This document shows, in pieces, positions 1 to 14,914 of a stretch of 64,000 nucleotides of DNA; positions within the stretch are counted from its first letter, which is position 1; each line of letters begins with the position of its first letter. The notes below the pieces were generated by a model, which saw only the letters and a program-made list of their open reading frames with translations, was not told the DNA's origin and did no database searches. The stretch is taken from assembly GCA_012295275.1 (NCBI GenBank), contig CM022675.1, positions 9,300,001 through 9,364,000 on the forward strand, read 5' to 3'. A program made the position numbers and the translations under genes. Source of the stretch: Chrysomallon squamiferum. Lineage: Eukaryota; Animalia; Mollusca.

Positions 1-810
1 TTTGAAACAAAAACTAAAATTAAAAGGAAAAATTATCATTATTATTTTTTTAAAGAAAGAAGAAACAAGAAAAAGATTTAATTATTTATGATATAATAAT
101 ATTATTTAATAAAAAGAACTTTAACTGAATTTATTAAAATACATCTGTGAACATTTAAATAAATATATAAATAAATTAAAAAAAATTAGGAGGGACTTAG
201 TAATTTATCTCATTTAACAATCTTATTTAATTAAATAATAACAAAAAAACAAAAAAACTAATATTTCAGAATTTGTGTATCAACATTTAAAAAAAAAAAA
301 AAAGAAAAAAAAGAAAAGAGTTAGAGAAGAAAAATAAAAGTTTGTCAATTCATGTCAACAAAAAAAAAAAAAAAAAAAAAAATGTAGTAAAATAAAAGTT
401 TTGTTGAAATTCATATGTCAACATAGAAAAAGAAAAGAGTCTAATTTTCTTCACAATCTTCGTGAATACAGACTAAATTGTGAGTGCAGACGTGAATAAG
501 ATAAAATGTGAACAGGAAGAGAGGAGAATTCTGGAATGGGTCGCGTGTGTCATAATTCCACCATTTTGGTGCTACTAATCACAGGCCAGGAAACAAAAGG
601 TACTCTGACAGGGTGGGGTGGGGGGGGCAGCAGAGCACACAGCTCCCATGAATCATCTCTGAGTTAATTTCTTGAGAGGCATGTTGAATTAGTTGCCATT
701 GTCAAGTCAAGCTCATTTTCTTCTTCTTCGTAGTCGTCGTCTTCTTCTTCTTCTTCTTCATCGTTTTTCTTTTCTTCCCTGCCACCTCTGTTCATATCTC
801 ATGAAATTTT

Positions 811-858
<48 letters not shown>

Positions 859-1599
859 TTTATCCATAGCAACCGATTACTACACAAACAATACAAGGCT
901 TTGTGGCACGTGTGTGTGTCTCTATTGTTACGGGGTTGTTCTCTTGTCTCTCTCGTCTCTCTCTCTTGCCTGTCTCAGAATGACTCGTCCCTCAGCCCAA
1001 TCGTACCCTCCACTCGCACGCAGTCGCCCCAAAATGGCAGCCGGATTGATCCGAAATTGTTTTCCATAATTTTTCGCCTGTTTGTTTTTCCGAGACTCGT
1101 GTTGACTCAGTTTTGACGATGTTCTGTCACATCCATCACGAGTCGAGGATGATGTTATTAGTCATTGTCGATGAGATAAAGAAATAAAAATGGTGTTTTA
1201 TAGTAATGAAACCCGACTGTACACTGGTTTGTTAAAGATAAAGTTTTTGTGTGTTGAAGGAAGATATTTTTTTTTTTCTTCTGCGTATTGATCTTTCATA
1301 CTTGCAAGTCTTATGTTTGTATTTGTTGTTAATAAATTAATTTTTTTTGTTTTTTCATTCACATTATTATTTTTTTTTTTGTTGTTATTATGAATTTGTT
1401 ATTAATATTTATTAAAATGTCTAATTAATATTTTAATGGTGAAATTTAAAAAAAAATTATTTTCTAAAATAGCATTGGTATGTTGTTATTGCTGTTCTTT
1501 TTGTTCTTGTTGTTCTCATTTCTTCTTCTTTTTCTTCTTCTTCTTCATCTTAATAAGATGAGCATCATATGCAGCAATAATTTCCTCATTCTTACTTTT

Positions 1600-1945
1600 T
1601 ACATCAAGAATCTCCCCCATTCTTCCCCTTCTCTAGATCAAGAACCTCCCCCAGTGTTACCCTTCTCTACATCAAGAATCTCCCCCCAGTGTTACCCTTC
1701 TCCACATCAAGAACCTCCCCCACTCTTTCCCTTCTTTACAACAAGAACCTCCCCCACTCTTCCCCTTCTCCACATCAAGAACCTCCCCTGTTACTCTTAC
1801 CCTTCTCTACACCAAGAACCTCCCCCCTCACTCTTTCCCTTCTCTACATCAATAACCTCCCCCCTCACTCTTCCCCTTCTCCACATCAAGAACCTCCCCC
1901 CTCACTCTTCCCCTCCTCCCTCCACCGCTGCACACATCAAGATAT
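1600..1945. repeat. C-rich minisatellite, ~35-39 bp unit, ~9 copies
   Basis: Recurring CACATCAAGAACCTCCCCC..CTCTTCCCCTTCT. It explains the spurious ORFs 1480-1992 and 1689-1973. Confidence 0.9.
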
Positions 1946-2284
1946 CTCTGCTTACTCCCACCTTCTTTCTTGAGCATGTTTTATTAATTTAGATCTTGGA
2001 CATCTTGGAGTTAAACATGAATGTGGCTGTTTATGGTTTATTGGCCACAGTGTTTGTGATGTTTTATTGTGTACGGTGGAGATAGCCGGTGACTTGGTGT
2101 GTTGATAAGCAGAAGGCGAAGAAGATTTAATTTTAGATTGCACACCCCTAGTCAGCATAATTGATGTGTGTTTGATATTTGTTCAAAACACGTGTCTGTG
2201 TGTATGTGTGTTTTTTTCATTTGTGTAGAGGCAGGGAGGGGGCTAAGAGAGAGGGTATGAAAGAATAAGAAAGAATGAAATCAT

Positions 2285-2322
<38 letters not shown>

Positions 2323-4271
2323 AAGTAAATTTTATGTTTAATTTTTAATAAAGTTGGGTTTTTTTTAAAGTAAAATGAGTTAATGATAGGCAAATAAACA
2401 GACAGTGAAAGAAGTAAAATAACAAATAAATAAATAAATAATATAATTAATAATAATAATAAATTGGCTGCAAACAATAATTTAAAAAAAGTTTATATAA
2501 AAATAAAAAATAAAATAATAATTATATAAAACAAAAATCAAATATTAAAAATTTCTAATTCAAGCTAAACTTAAACCGAAACATTTATTTATTTACTATT
2601 ATTAAATTGTTTTAAATTAATATTTATTTTCTTTTTTTTGAACTATCTGTAAAACAATACGATAATTTATTTGTGTGCACATGCATGTCATCGTGCATGA
2701 GTGCATGAACATGCATGTATATTCAAGCTTAATTTTGTATCGCTGTTGGCAAACAGTTGCAGAATGAAAATCGCTCGCTCGCTTGTTTACCATCGTGGAC
2801 TGGCCATGAATCCACGATGAATAGAATTGTTTCAGTTACTAATCAAGAATTGCTCGAATTATCAATATTTGCTCAGGAGAAGGACGGTGCATGCATCTCC
2901 GAGCGCACCGTCCAATCACAGCGCGGCTTGCTGTTTGCACGATGCTCTTGAAGCGATGACGTCGATGATGTCAAAGACGGGAAGGTGTTTTGACACACCG
3001 TGGCCGATTCCGCGAGCTCTCGGGCTCGAATTACCAAATTTTCTTCTCCGTCCTTCGTCCTTCTTTCGTGTTTGCCAACTGCTTGGAAGAAAGAGAGTGG
3101 AAATTAAGTCATATTGTCATCAGAGTTGTTAAGTTTTTGATTGTTCCTATTGTGTTAGTGTGTTGGCTTTTTTCTCCTCTCCCACCTACCCCCCTGCTCT
3201 CCTTGCTTCATCGCCACTGTCTTTGGGGGAGGGACGTCGGGGATGGGGGAGGATGAGTCACGATGGGGGGGAGGGAACTGTCCTATCCAGACTGAATAAC
3301 AGTGTCTGGTTATAAACAAACAACGGGGTTTGAAAGCAGTTTATTGTCGTTGCTAAATTAAACTCGACAAAGACGTTGTTATTATGCCGTGGTTGATGTT
3401 GCGAGAGAGGTGTTTTGAGAAACGTGGGAGATTGATAGTGAAATAACATCAATTGTTGTGACGAAATTTAGTGGAAAGTAGACAAATGAAAAATTAATAC
3501 AATATTAGCTGTAGGTTTGTAACTGTAAACGTAATGGATAAATAGATAAATGTGATGTTAACTGTAGGTATTTCTAGTGAAATTAAATGGAAAATAGATT
3601 GACACTGGAATTGAAAAATAAAAAAGAGAGTTATAATTATATATGTAGTGAAGGAAGGAACAGATTTTGACAGTTTTTAGCGTCAGAAATATCAGTTAAA
3701 ACAAATGAGGAAAATATTCAATTAAATCAAAATTTGACATGTCTACATGTTTGTATTTGTGTATGTTTGAATGTGTTTGTAATATATATATAAATACACA
3801 TACACACATTATATATATATATATATATATATCTATATATATCAAAAAATTTAATCTGAAAAAAAATAATAAAAATAATATAAATAAATAAATATATAAA
3901 ATAAAATAAAATAAAATAAAATAAAACAAATGAATACTCCACACAAAGCTTACACAAATAATCTAAACTGACACACATTTTGTCAGCCATTTTTTTTTTT
4001 GTAAAAAAAACCCCTGTACTTACATTGTTTATGAACTCAGCTTTCACCTTGGCTGGTGGGGCACCTGCCAAAACGAGTTTCACCTGGCACTGTGCAGGTA
4101 AACTCAGGTAAATTCAGGTGTCTCACAGTGTAAACTGATTCCAGATGTGAAATTCCTGAAACTCTTTACCTGTGAGATCATTTCTCTCTTAGCTGTAGAT
4201 CTTGGTTTTTGTAAATAAATAATAGAGGAGGGAGGGATGGATGGATGAATAAATGATGGGATAGATGTGTG

Positions 4272-4306
<35 letters not shown>

Positions 4307-4508
4307 GTGTGTGGCTAACACACATGGATTAATAGATGATTTGATATATGTATCATTTTACTGTCTGATAGATTATGCTTTTATTTTTTTGATGGTTATG
4401 TATTGTGTAGTTGTTATGAAAGAAGGTATATAATTTGTGTGTGTCTGTGTGTATGTTAATGAATGAGTGTTTGTGAAAGCTTGTCTATTATATGTATATG
4501 TATGTTAA

Positions 4509-4539
<31 letters not shown>

Positions 4540-5914
4540 AAATGAATGTGTTTGTGAAAGCTTGTCTTATTATATGTATATGTCTGTATGTTAATATGTG
4601 TGTGTGTATCTGTGTGTGTGTCTATATTAACACAATAAAATTTGAATTCACAGAGCTGTTTTTTATCTAAGACAAAAATATTATTTTTACTTACTAATAA
4701 ATTTAATTTACATTTCTCTGTGTTAATTTTACATCAGCATTTTTATAACGTGTAAAATAAACAACTATTTAGTAATATTCAGTTAAATCTTGGGATAGGT
4801 TTTGCTAACCTCTCAGGTTTATATGACATATTTTATTTCCATAATTATTTACATTAGCTTAGATATACATGTGTGTGTGTGTATGTGTGTTAAAAAAATA
4901 AAATAAATAAAACTGTAATTTTCTAATAGAAATTGTTAACCATTGTACAGAAAATTAATCACACTTCTTTCTCTTTGACAAACAATGAATAATGTACTGT
5001 GATCTTTTATTTTTTTATTTTTTATTTTTTATTTTTTTATCTAATTCCTCTTTCATATTAGAATTACAGTTTCAAATAAGTCATGACAATCTCAAGTGTG
5101 CCACCAGTGAATAATTTTCAATAAAATCACGACTATACATCAAAGGTAATTATTTCCAGTCGAAAAATCTCTGTTTAGATCTTCGCAAATTTTATAGCAG
5201 AATCCCTTCTTTTTTTCTTTTTTTTATTCTGGTCTTTTTTTTTTTTTGGGCCAAAATGATTTATTCACTCAGACGTTTGTTTTGACTTGATGTCTTCAAC
5301 CAGGCAACCATTTGAAAAAAAAACAGGATAAAGGTGGTAAAATTGACTACAATCGAAGCTATTGAGATTCGACTGTCGTAAGCAAAGATTATCGTAATAA
5401 GGCGTCTTTACGAAATCATTGCCGTGCCATTCCTGAAGTAAGGATTTGCAGAAATTACAACAGGAGACTGCGGTTGTGAATACTAATCACTGACTGAAGT
5501 CGATGTCGAGTCCATGTTTGTTTTATTTATGGTAGCCAGGATTATCAAAAGAAAATCGGTAAAAGAAAACAAAAGATTTTGCCGAAGGGATTTTTCGCAC
5601 ATTAACAGTGAGGATTTTTTGATTGAATTTGCTCGTTTTTACAATTTCTGACTAATAATAACTGGCCGCTTCTATTGTCGGCTTCAGATCATAAACATAT
5701 ATCGTTCACAGAGACTCTTTAATTTCATTACGCGGAATTATTTGTTCTGTTGCCGGTCGTAACTTTTCTGCGTCTCTCATACAAGGCGAGATCAGATCTT
5801 CATCGATGAGTGATCCAGTTCTCCGATTGTCATTCGACTGATGCTGTTTGGCTTGGTTCGGAAGAAAAACATTTTTTATTGCCCTGTCTGGTGATGCACT
5901 TTAGTAAAAAGACT

Positions 5915-6435
5915 GGTTCACACTCGAAGCTGGTTACACTTAGTGGCATCAGTATGGTAGAATTTTTCTGGTTAGACGTAGTACAAAAATGTTCTGGTTA
6001 CATTTAAAAGGCTGGTTACACTGTGGAATTAACATGGTTACACAATGCTTATGTTTATGTTACAGTATGGTTACATAGTGAAATTAGTACTGTTATGTTA
6101 AAGAATTGGTTACAGAGTGGAATTTATCAGGTCACATTAAATGATGGTTATACAGTGGAATTAATATGGTTACATTAAGGAGTGGTTACATATTGTGGGA
6201 TTTATCAGGTTACACTAAAGCACATTACACAATCAAGTTTATTTGGTTTCATTATGTGCTCATTGTGCATAAGGAAATTGATGTGGTTATGAATACTCAG
6301 GACTGGTTACTCACAGAAAGTTTATAGGTTACAGCTTACACTAATGCCTGGTTACATATATTTGAATATGTGTAGGTTACACTAAGTATTACACATAGAG
6401 CAGTGGTTGGTAACATAATTTTATAGGTTACACTA
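5915..6435. repeat. Degenerate GGTTACA-core minisatellite
   Basis: Roughly 15-20 GGTTACA-like cores at about 19-20 bp spacing, followed by an (ACT)n/(ACAACT)n microsatellite to about 6590. Confidence 0.75.
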
Positions 6436-6465
6436 CTACTACTGCTGCTGCTACATTACTACTAT

Positions 6466-6504
<39 letters not shown>

Positions 6505-7480
6505 AACTACAACTACAACTACAACTACTACTACTACTTACTACTACTACTACTACTACTACTACTAATAATAATAAATAAATAACTATAAGTACAGCAG
6601 TAGGATAAATAAAACTGTTTTCAAAATTATCCTGCAGTATTTGATTAATACTTGATTTGTCTGTCTGTCTGTGTGTCTGTTTTTAACAATTATTCTGTGC
6701 TATTCTAACTGTCATAACAACTTACACAAAAAAAAAAAAAAAAAAAAACATTCAGGATTATCTTAAAACAAACATAATAAAATTATAAATAATCAAATAA
6801 TTTAATTATGTAGAAAAAAAAGAATGCAAGAACAGAAAGTACAAACAACACTAATGATAATAATTACAATTAGATTATCTTTTTTTTTTCTTTTTTTTTC
6901 AAATTACCAACTATGCACAACATCATCATATGAATTTATCCCACCAACTTCAATAACTAGGCAAAAAAATCACCACTACTGCAACTACTACGGCATCAGT
7001 TCCATCAGCGACACATCGCGACCGCTGTATTCGTAATCAAATAATCGTAAAAAGATAACTTAATTGTTCAGATCGCGTGTACCTGTGCAGTCATGTGGAA
7101 CCACTTTTTTTTTCGACAGCGCACCCCACATCCAAGCTGAGGCCAGCCATGTAATACGACTGGTATTCTATGGTCTGGCAGAATTAATGATAGACTAAAT
7201 AAATTACTCATCATTATTTGATTGGCTCACACCTGCCATCTTTTATTTTGGTATGGAATGGTCTCCTCCTCTATGGGGTGGGAGGGTGTAAGTATACTAG
7301 TTAGTTGTGGTGAGGGGACAAGTTTTTTTTTGGGGGTGGGGGTATAGGGTTTCGGTGGACGTTTTTTTTAAAATAAAGCCGAAATGTTAGAAATGAGAAT
7401 AAAAATGAAGATGACATTATTGATATTTTGATTATGATTATTTTTGTTGTTATTTTAGAAGTTTGTGGAAGTTGTTTTTA

Positions 7481-7512
<32 letters not shown>

Positions 7513-10500
7513 GTTACTGCTATTATTATTATTATTATTATTGATAATATATATTGCCATTGTTGTTATTTTTATGGAAGTATTATTTTTTTTACTGTTA
7601 CTGCTGCTGCTACTACTACTGCTGCTGCTACTACTACTACTACTATTAAAATCAGAATTTATGGTTTAATATGACATAAGTCTTCATACAAATTTTAGTT
7701 AGATTTTTACATGCTATATTATTCATTCTTGTGTTTTAATATTTTTCTTCATGTAAAAAATATCTTATTATATTTATTATTATTATTACTACTATTACTA
7801 ATACTATTATCATAATTATTAGTTGTTACCATTATCTTTATCATTAAAAAATTGTCCATAAATAAATACTGTAATTGAAAAATATATTAATACACATTAA
7901 TTATATATTATTTATTAATTAAGTGATCTTATCAAATTAGTTTAGTTTTTTCTTCCTTCATTCAAAAAAGAAAATAAAAATAAATAATAAGATAAATTAT
8001 TAAATATTTTATTTTGAAAATACCATTAATAAGATGATTCCATTTATTTAAATAGAACAAAAAAAGTGAAAAAAAGTAAGAGATAAAAAGTAATAAAGAA
8101 TGAGTAAAAGATAGAGAGAAGGAATTTATGAGTTTTAAAGTGATATAAAGAGGTTACAAAGATAAAGAAGAAAAAAGAAAAGAAAATGGCAATATAAATA
8201 AAATGTGTGTGAAAAAGAAAGAAAGAAAGAAAACCAAGACGACACACACAGAGAAAAAAAAAAAAAGTAAAACGAAAACATAGAACATTTCTCATTTATA
8301 ACCAAATCTGTTCACCTTGTTAGGGCCCCTACTATAACGGTAAAAATTTTGAATGGTGGTAATGGCGGTGTATGGGGGGGGGGGAGGAGGAGGAGAATAT
8401 CATCTATGAATCATGTTGAGTTGACTCGGAATAAAACTACACAAACTACACGACAGTCGGTCGGTCGGATCAATAACTGGCTGTATCCAGTCTTAAAGCT
8501 TGGTCTCTCATCTCACTTCATTTTTCCCCCTCTCCCATTGGTTATTTTCTTTCTGCACCAATCTCACTCTAATGGCTACGCTTGGTTGGTTGTTTGGTCT
8601 TTGCTGCCTGAATCATTGATTTATTTTTTTTTTTTTTTTTTTTTTTTTCCTGTCCTGTTTACCCCTTCTGTCAGGGTGGGTGGGTTTCTCTGCCGGATGA
8701 TTGGCACTTCTCTGCAGACGATTCGACCAATGGGATCGCGGCTTGCAGATGCCTGGAAGGAGTGTTAAACACACCTTAATTGCAAGGTGCTTTTCGGTTA
8801 GAATGGTTAGATCAAGGTATAGCAGATCAGATTAGTTTAACAAGGTGTGGCCGACAGAGGTGTTGTTGTTGTTGTTCCTTACTAGTGGTGATGCATGTGA
8901 TACTGTTGTGTTAACGTCTTCGGCATCATCGATTGAATGTGCAGGAATATGTTTGAGGAAGTAAAGCTTTCTCCTTTTGGTGAGTGGAAACATTTTTCTC
9001 GATTTTCTTTTTTTTTAAAACCTGGATTTTGATTTTTTTTTTTTACCTTGCTGTTAAACCTGTTAGGTTTTGAAACTGTTAGGTTTAGAAAACTGATATC
9101 CATTCTGTTAAATATAACAGTATACAAGAAGGTTATGTTTACATCTGTGAAATTTGTTGATTTCTTTTTTTTTTTTTTTAGGAAGGTAAATTCAGGAATT
9201 ATTAAAGGTAGAAATGTTTCAGTTTATTAGAAATTTGAAATAAATGTTATTTAATTTATTTTTATTAACGTGATAGCTATTTTAAAGACTGTAAGATTTG
9301 TACTTTATATTTTTTATTTTTTTTATTTATTACTTTGGATTTGTCACTACCTAGATTATTAAGGTAAAATAAAATAAAATAACTGAAGTTTTAAATAAGA
9401 TTTGCTGATTTATTCTGATCCATAATGACTTTTTTGATTTATCATAATTTTCTACTTCTTTATCTTTCATAATTTTTTTAAAATCATTATTACCTTTTGT
9501 TTCTCTTTTTTTTTTTGTTCTCTCATTTAACCACCTTTGTAAGACCAAAATGCAATTAACAATTTTTTTTGCATGTTTAAATAAAATAATTGTGTTTATT
9601 TTTAAATTTATATTACACCTGTCTTTTTATTACCTGAAAGGGATGGGTGGGATATGGTAGTTTTTTTCTTGTATAAATACAATATATTGAAACAATTCCT
9701 TTGTTTTATTGCTATGTAATGTTTTATTATAATTTATCTTCAGGTGAAATTCGTCATGTATTTTAATAATTATTTTCGTGACAAATGTATCTCTCATACC
9801 TGTTAGTTTATTTTTTTATTTACTGTTGTTCACTTTGAAGGAAGTACATTTTCTGTTTGCTCACCTTTAATTAGTGACACCTTGATTTTTCTCACCTGAT
9901 TAACTTATTTTCTAAGAATATAGGTAAACTGGGTCATTGTTAATCTGATGTTCAAGAAACATCCTGATTAATGCTTTCCCAAAGATAAAAGTAATAATTT
10001 ACTTTTTTTTTCTTCTTTTTTTTATGAATGCTGGAATACTTAAACTTAAAATTGCAGAAAGTTAAAATGATTTTAAAAACAAAAATAAAATAAGAGAAGG
10101 AAAAATAAACAAGAGACTAAATCTCAAATGAAATAAAATAAGCAACAATTAAATTAAGTAAATAAATAATTTTACATGTTTAATTAAATTAATAAAATCA
10201 AATGAAATTATCAATTATAATTGACTAAAGAATGATAAAATAAACAATGAAGATAAAAGTCAAATAAAATAAATTATAAACAGATAAATAAAATAAAATA
10301 AAATAACTAAATGAAGTAATTAAATATACGAATAATATAAAATAAATAAATTAATTAATGAAATGAAATAAATTTAAACAAAATATAAATAAATGTAAAA
10401 TAAATAAAGTAAAACAAATGAATAAATTAATTAAAATAAACTAATTAAAACATTTTTTAAAATAAAAATTAACAAACAAATTGACTAAATAAATAAATAA

Positions 10501-10669
10501 AATGGCATCTCAGATTAGAAATACAAGATGCAAAACATCCTCTCAGATTATTTCTAAATCTTTCAACAAAGATGAATAATTATTTCCAGGTGTGTGTAAC
10601 ACCTGTAATCATTTTCTCACCAGTGTGTCTTTCATTATCATCTCTGTGTTCTGCTTCTTCATCCACTCT

Positions 10670-10960
10670 GAAACAAACAGGTGCTGTTGTGGCTGTAGTT
10701 GTCAGAAATTAGTTACACAGTGGCCACATCCATGCTGAGGTTGGTACACACACAGGTGCCTTTGTTAAGTTGCTAACAATTAGATATGCCAGTCACATGC
10801 ATATTTTACCCTGAAACAGAACCAGGAGTTGTAGTAGTAGTAGTAGTAGAAGTAGTTGTCAGAAATTAGTTACACAGTGACCACATCCATGCTGATGTTG
10901 AAACAAACACAGATGCTGTTGTTGTTGTTGTTGTAGTTGCTAACACTTAGATATGTTAGT
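10670..10960. repeat. Local direct duplication (~160 bp period)
   Basis: GTAGTTGTCAGAAATTAGTTACACAGTGRCCACATCCATGCTGA occurs at ~10695 and ~10852. Confidence 0.8.
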
Positions 10961-11133
10961 GTTGATGCAGCTGTAGACACTGTATTTTGGTTCCATCTAT
11001 GCTTGGTTTGGACAAACAGAGATGACCTTGTGGTAGCTGCAGTTGACTGTACATCAGAAACTGTATGTGCAGCAATGTTATAGGAATATATAATTGAATA
11101 GTCTTGTTTAGATTTGTGAAAAATCTAGAATTG

Positions 11134-11164
<31 letters not shown>

Positions 11165-11776
11165 TTATTATTATTATTATTATTTACAGGTTATTTTTAA
11201 TTTTCTGTGTAATGTAATGTAATAATGTAATGTAATATAACATTCTCTTTACTGACATGAATACCTGAATATTTAAACAGACACACACACATACACACTG
11301 AGCAAAAACATCCAAACACACACATATTTATACACATGCACACACATATTCTCACACACACATAAACACACACACACACTCACATACATATTCACATACA
11401 CATATTCACACACACACATACAACATCTTCACATAGACACATGCTGAATACATACAAGTGAGAGCTAACATCTCCTAAGATCATTAGTGTGTGTTAAAAA
11501 GATGTTTACATTCTTGTCACTAGTCAGTGGGGAGGGGGGGCTAAGCAGGCCTGGGGCCATCTGGAAGCCATATTGAATGACAACTGTGTGAACTGAGAGT
11601 GCAGACGATTTGTGATTACTTGCAGACAGCCAGGTTGTTTTGTCTGTCAGTTTGTGTGCGTGTCTGTCCTTTCTTACTGTCTCTTTGATTTTGTTGTTGT
11701 TGTTGTTGATTTTAAACCATTTTCTACATCTCTTGGAATCAGTCCTTTTTTTCTTTCTTTTTCTCTCTCTCTCTTC

Positions 11777-11847
<71 letters not shown>

Positions 11848-12238
11848 CTTTCTTGGCTAGGCTAAATATTCTTTTTTTGTCTGGCTCTCTCTTCACTTTG
11901 TCTTCTTTCTACCTTGTCACAGTTTTATTTTCTCTCAGTTTATTCAATATTATTTTTCTCAGAATCTCTGTTCTATCTTTCTTTTCTTTCTTTCCAGCTT
12001 TTACCAGTTTAATTCTGTCTCCTTTCCTCAGTTCTTTCATTTTCTCTCTCTCTTTCTCTCCTCTCATATTTTTTCATTATTTAATTTCTCTCTGTCTGTC
12101 TGTCTCTCTCTCTCTCTTCTCTCTCACATATATTTTTTCATTATTTAATTTTCTCTGTCTGTCTGTCTCTCTTTCTTTCTCATATATGTTTTCATTATTT
12201 AATTTTCTCTGTCTAGTCTGTATCTGACTCTCTGTCTC

Positions 12239-12330
<92 letters not shown>

Positions 12331-13075
12331 CCCATTGTTTCCTCTCTTAACCTCTCCACCTCTCTGTTTCACTATGAGCTCAGCCTGCATGCACCATTAT
12401 ATTACTAATATTTTTTACTCACCAGTCTATTGTACACTTGGCTGACATACAGAGAGAGTAAGTATGAGTAACTCGGCAGTCTGCAGGTGCAGAATTTCAT
12501 CATCCGATAAGCCCATTAAATTAGTCAAATCAGATCAACACAATGTCAAAGATTGTAATCAAACTGTGTTCATTCTTTGATAATAATTTTATCCTTCAAT
12601 TTCAAATCTGTAAGATATATATATATATATATATATTTTTTTTTTTTATCTAATTAGACTGTCTGTCAGATTTCCTTCAATCCATCCATTCATCATTATT
12701 CAGTCTAGCTGTGTTTTTTTTTGACTCATTCATTTGTTTGTTCTTCCTTCCTTTATCCATTCATCCATCTGTCTATAAGTCTATTCATCCATTCATTCAT
12801 CCATCAACATGTCCATGCATTTACCTGCTTTATCCTTTATCCATCTGTATTCATCCATGTGTCTATCTATCTTTCCATGTATCTACTTAATTATATTGGT
12901 ACTGATATATAAATTTGTTCGTCCATTTGTCTCTATAAATAACTGATGTAATCTAAATAAAGAAAAATAAATTAATAAATAATGATGATAAGAAAGGTAC
13001 TCACTGAAAAACCAAAACACAGACATACATACCAAAAAAAAAAAAAAAAAAAAAAAAAAAAACAAAAAAATAAAA

Positions 13076-13111
<36 letters not shown>

Positions 13112-13805
13112 TGTAGGTAAATAAATTTTCAGTTACTTCATCCTATAAATCAAGAATACTGTAAACATTTGGCTGGGCCAGAAAATGTTTTGGAAATCTG
13201 CCCAAACAATCATATCAAATGAGTGGCAGCTTCTAATTTATGTTAAACATTCATCTTAGTGTTGTTGTTGTTGTTGTAGTTGTACCTGTGGCAAACGTGG
13301 CCGCAGTTGATAAACCCGTCAGAAACTAAACAGAATCGGCATTGTGAGTTGAGTTACGCTTTCCTACACTTGTTTCTAATCATGTCGGAAACTAAATACC
13401 GTCTTATCTCCATTAATATATATCCAGGTCCTTGCAATATCTACAGAACTGCCTGGTATACCTAGATCTTTGTTAGATTTTATTTTTCATACTTGAGAAA
13501 TGTTTTTTTTAAATTTTTTTTTTTTTTTTTTTTCTTTCTTTTGCACTGGAGTAAATAAATAAAAAAAAAATAAAAAAATGTTAAAAAAATTGGAAACACC
13601 TGTTTTTAGTTTTCACTTTGATGTTTAGAAAAAAAAAAAAAATAGCTGTGTGGGAAAAGGAGGGAGGGGAACTGGAAGGGGGAGAACTGGAGGGGGGTGA
13701 TGATGCTTGGTGGGGGAGGGTTAATGTTGGAAATCGGTTATGTGGTAATGATGTTTTTTTAAACGTTTTAGAATTTATTTTATTTATTTATTTATTTATT
13801 TATTT

Positions 13806-13847
<42 letters not shown>

Positions 13848-13963
13848 CATTATCGTTATTATTATAATTATCATCATCATCATCATCATCATTATTATTA
13901 TCATTATTATCATTGGCTGTTGTTATGGGGTAATGATATATATATATATTTTAAAATGTTTAG

Positions 13964-13998
<35 letters not shown>

Positions 13999-14376
13999 AT
14001 TATTATTTTTCTTTTTCTAAATGGTTTTGTAAGTTGTACACTTTTTTGTTCATGTTCTCATTACGGGCTCAAGTGGAGAGACATAGTTCTTATCAGAAAG
14101 AAAGAAACATTAATGGAAAATGCTGATGGGAAATGTTTGCTGGGAAATACACTTGTGCTGGGTATGTGCGTGTGTGTGTGTTTATGATGAAAACTTGAAT
14201 TGCAAACAGGTTGTCATGTTACAGAGAGGGCATTAGAAGGATGAAAGGTGAAACATTATGAAGAAATAAAAAAAGAGATAGAGATAAGGAATGGGGGAAA
14301 GGGACAAAAAGAGAGACAGACAGAGAGACAGACTGAGAAAAGAGGCAGAGAGAGGGAAAGAGGGGGAGGGGGAGAG

Positions 14377-14437
<61 letters not shown>

Positions 14438-14914
14438 ATGTATGGTGTTGATTTATTGCATTACAGGATTTTAAAATTACAGAAATAATTTTTTCCTATT
14501 ATACAGTACAGTAAAGGGGAGACAACTTCATAATTTTTATTTTTAATTTTAATTTTAAATTTTAAAAATAATTTATTTATTAAATATCTCGTTTTTCTCT
14601 CATTCCTCATTCCACAGAGACAAACTCACAGACACACATACATACATACAGATATATTTATAAACACATACATATATATATAGGCACAAACATACACACA
14701 TATATACATATCATTTGCTGTTTTAATGTTTGATGTTTTATTTTATTTACAAATCCTATCAACAGAAGATAGCAACACATGAAACACCTGACGAAGTCTG
14801 ACAGATTTTCTTTAACCAAATCTTCAAACTGTCTTCAGATAAACAAAACACTAGCCTCGTACTTCACATATTTTCTGATTGTTTATTTTTTCATATCTTT
14901 TTCTTGACCTTTTT

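Noticed and set aside
1600-1945. CRISPR-like array
   Set aside because: Contiguous tandem units with no unique spacers, in a eukaryotic context with no cas genes.
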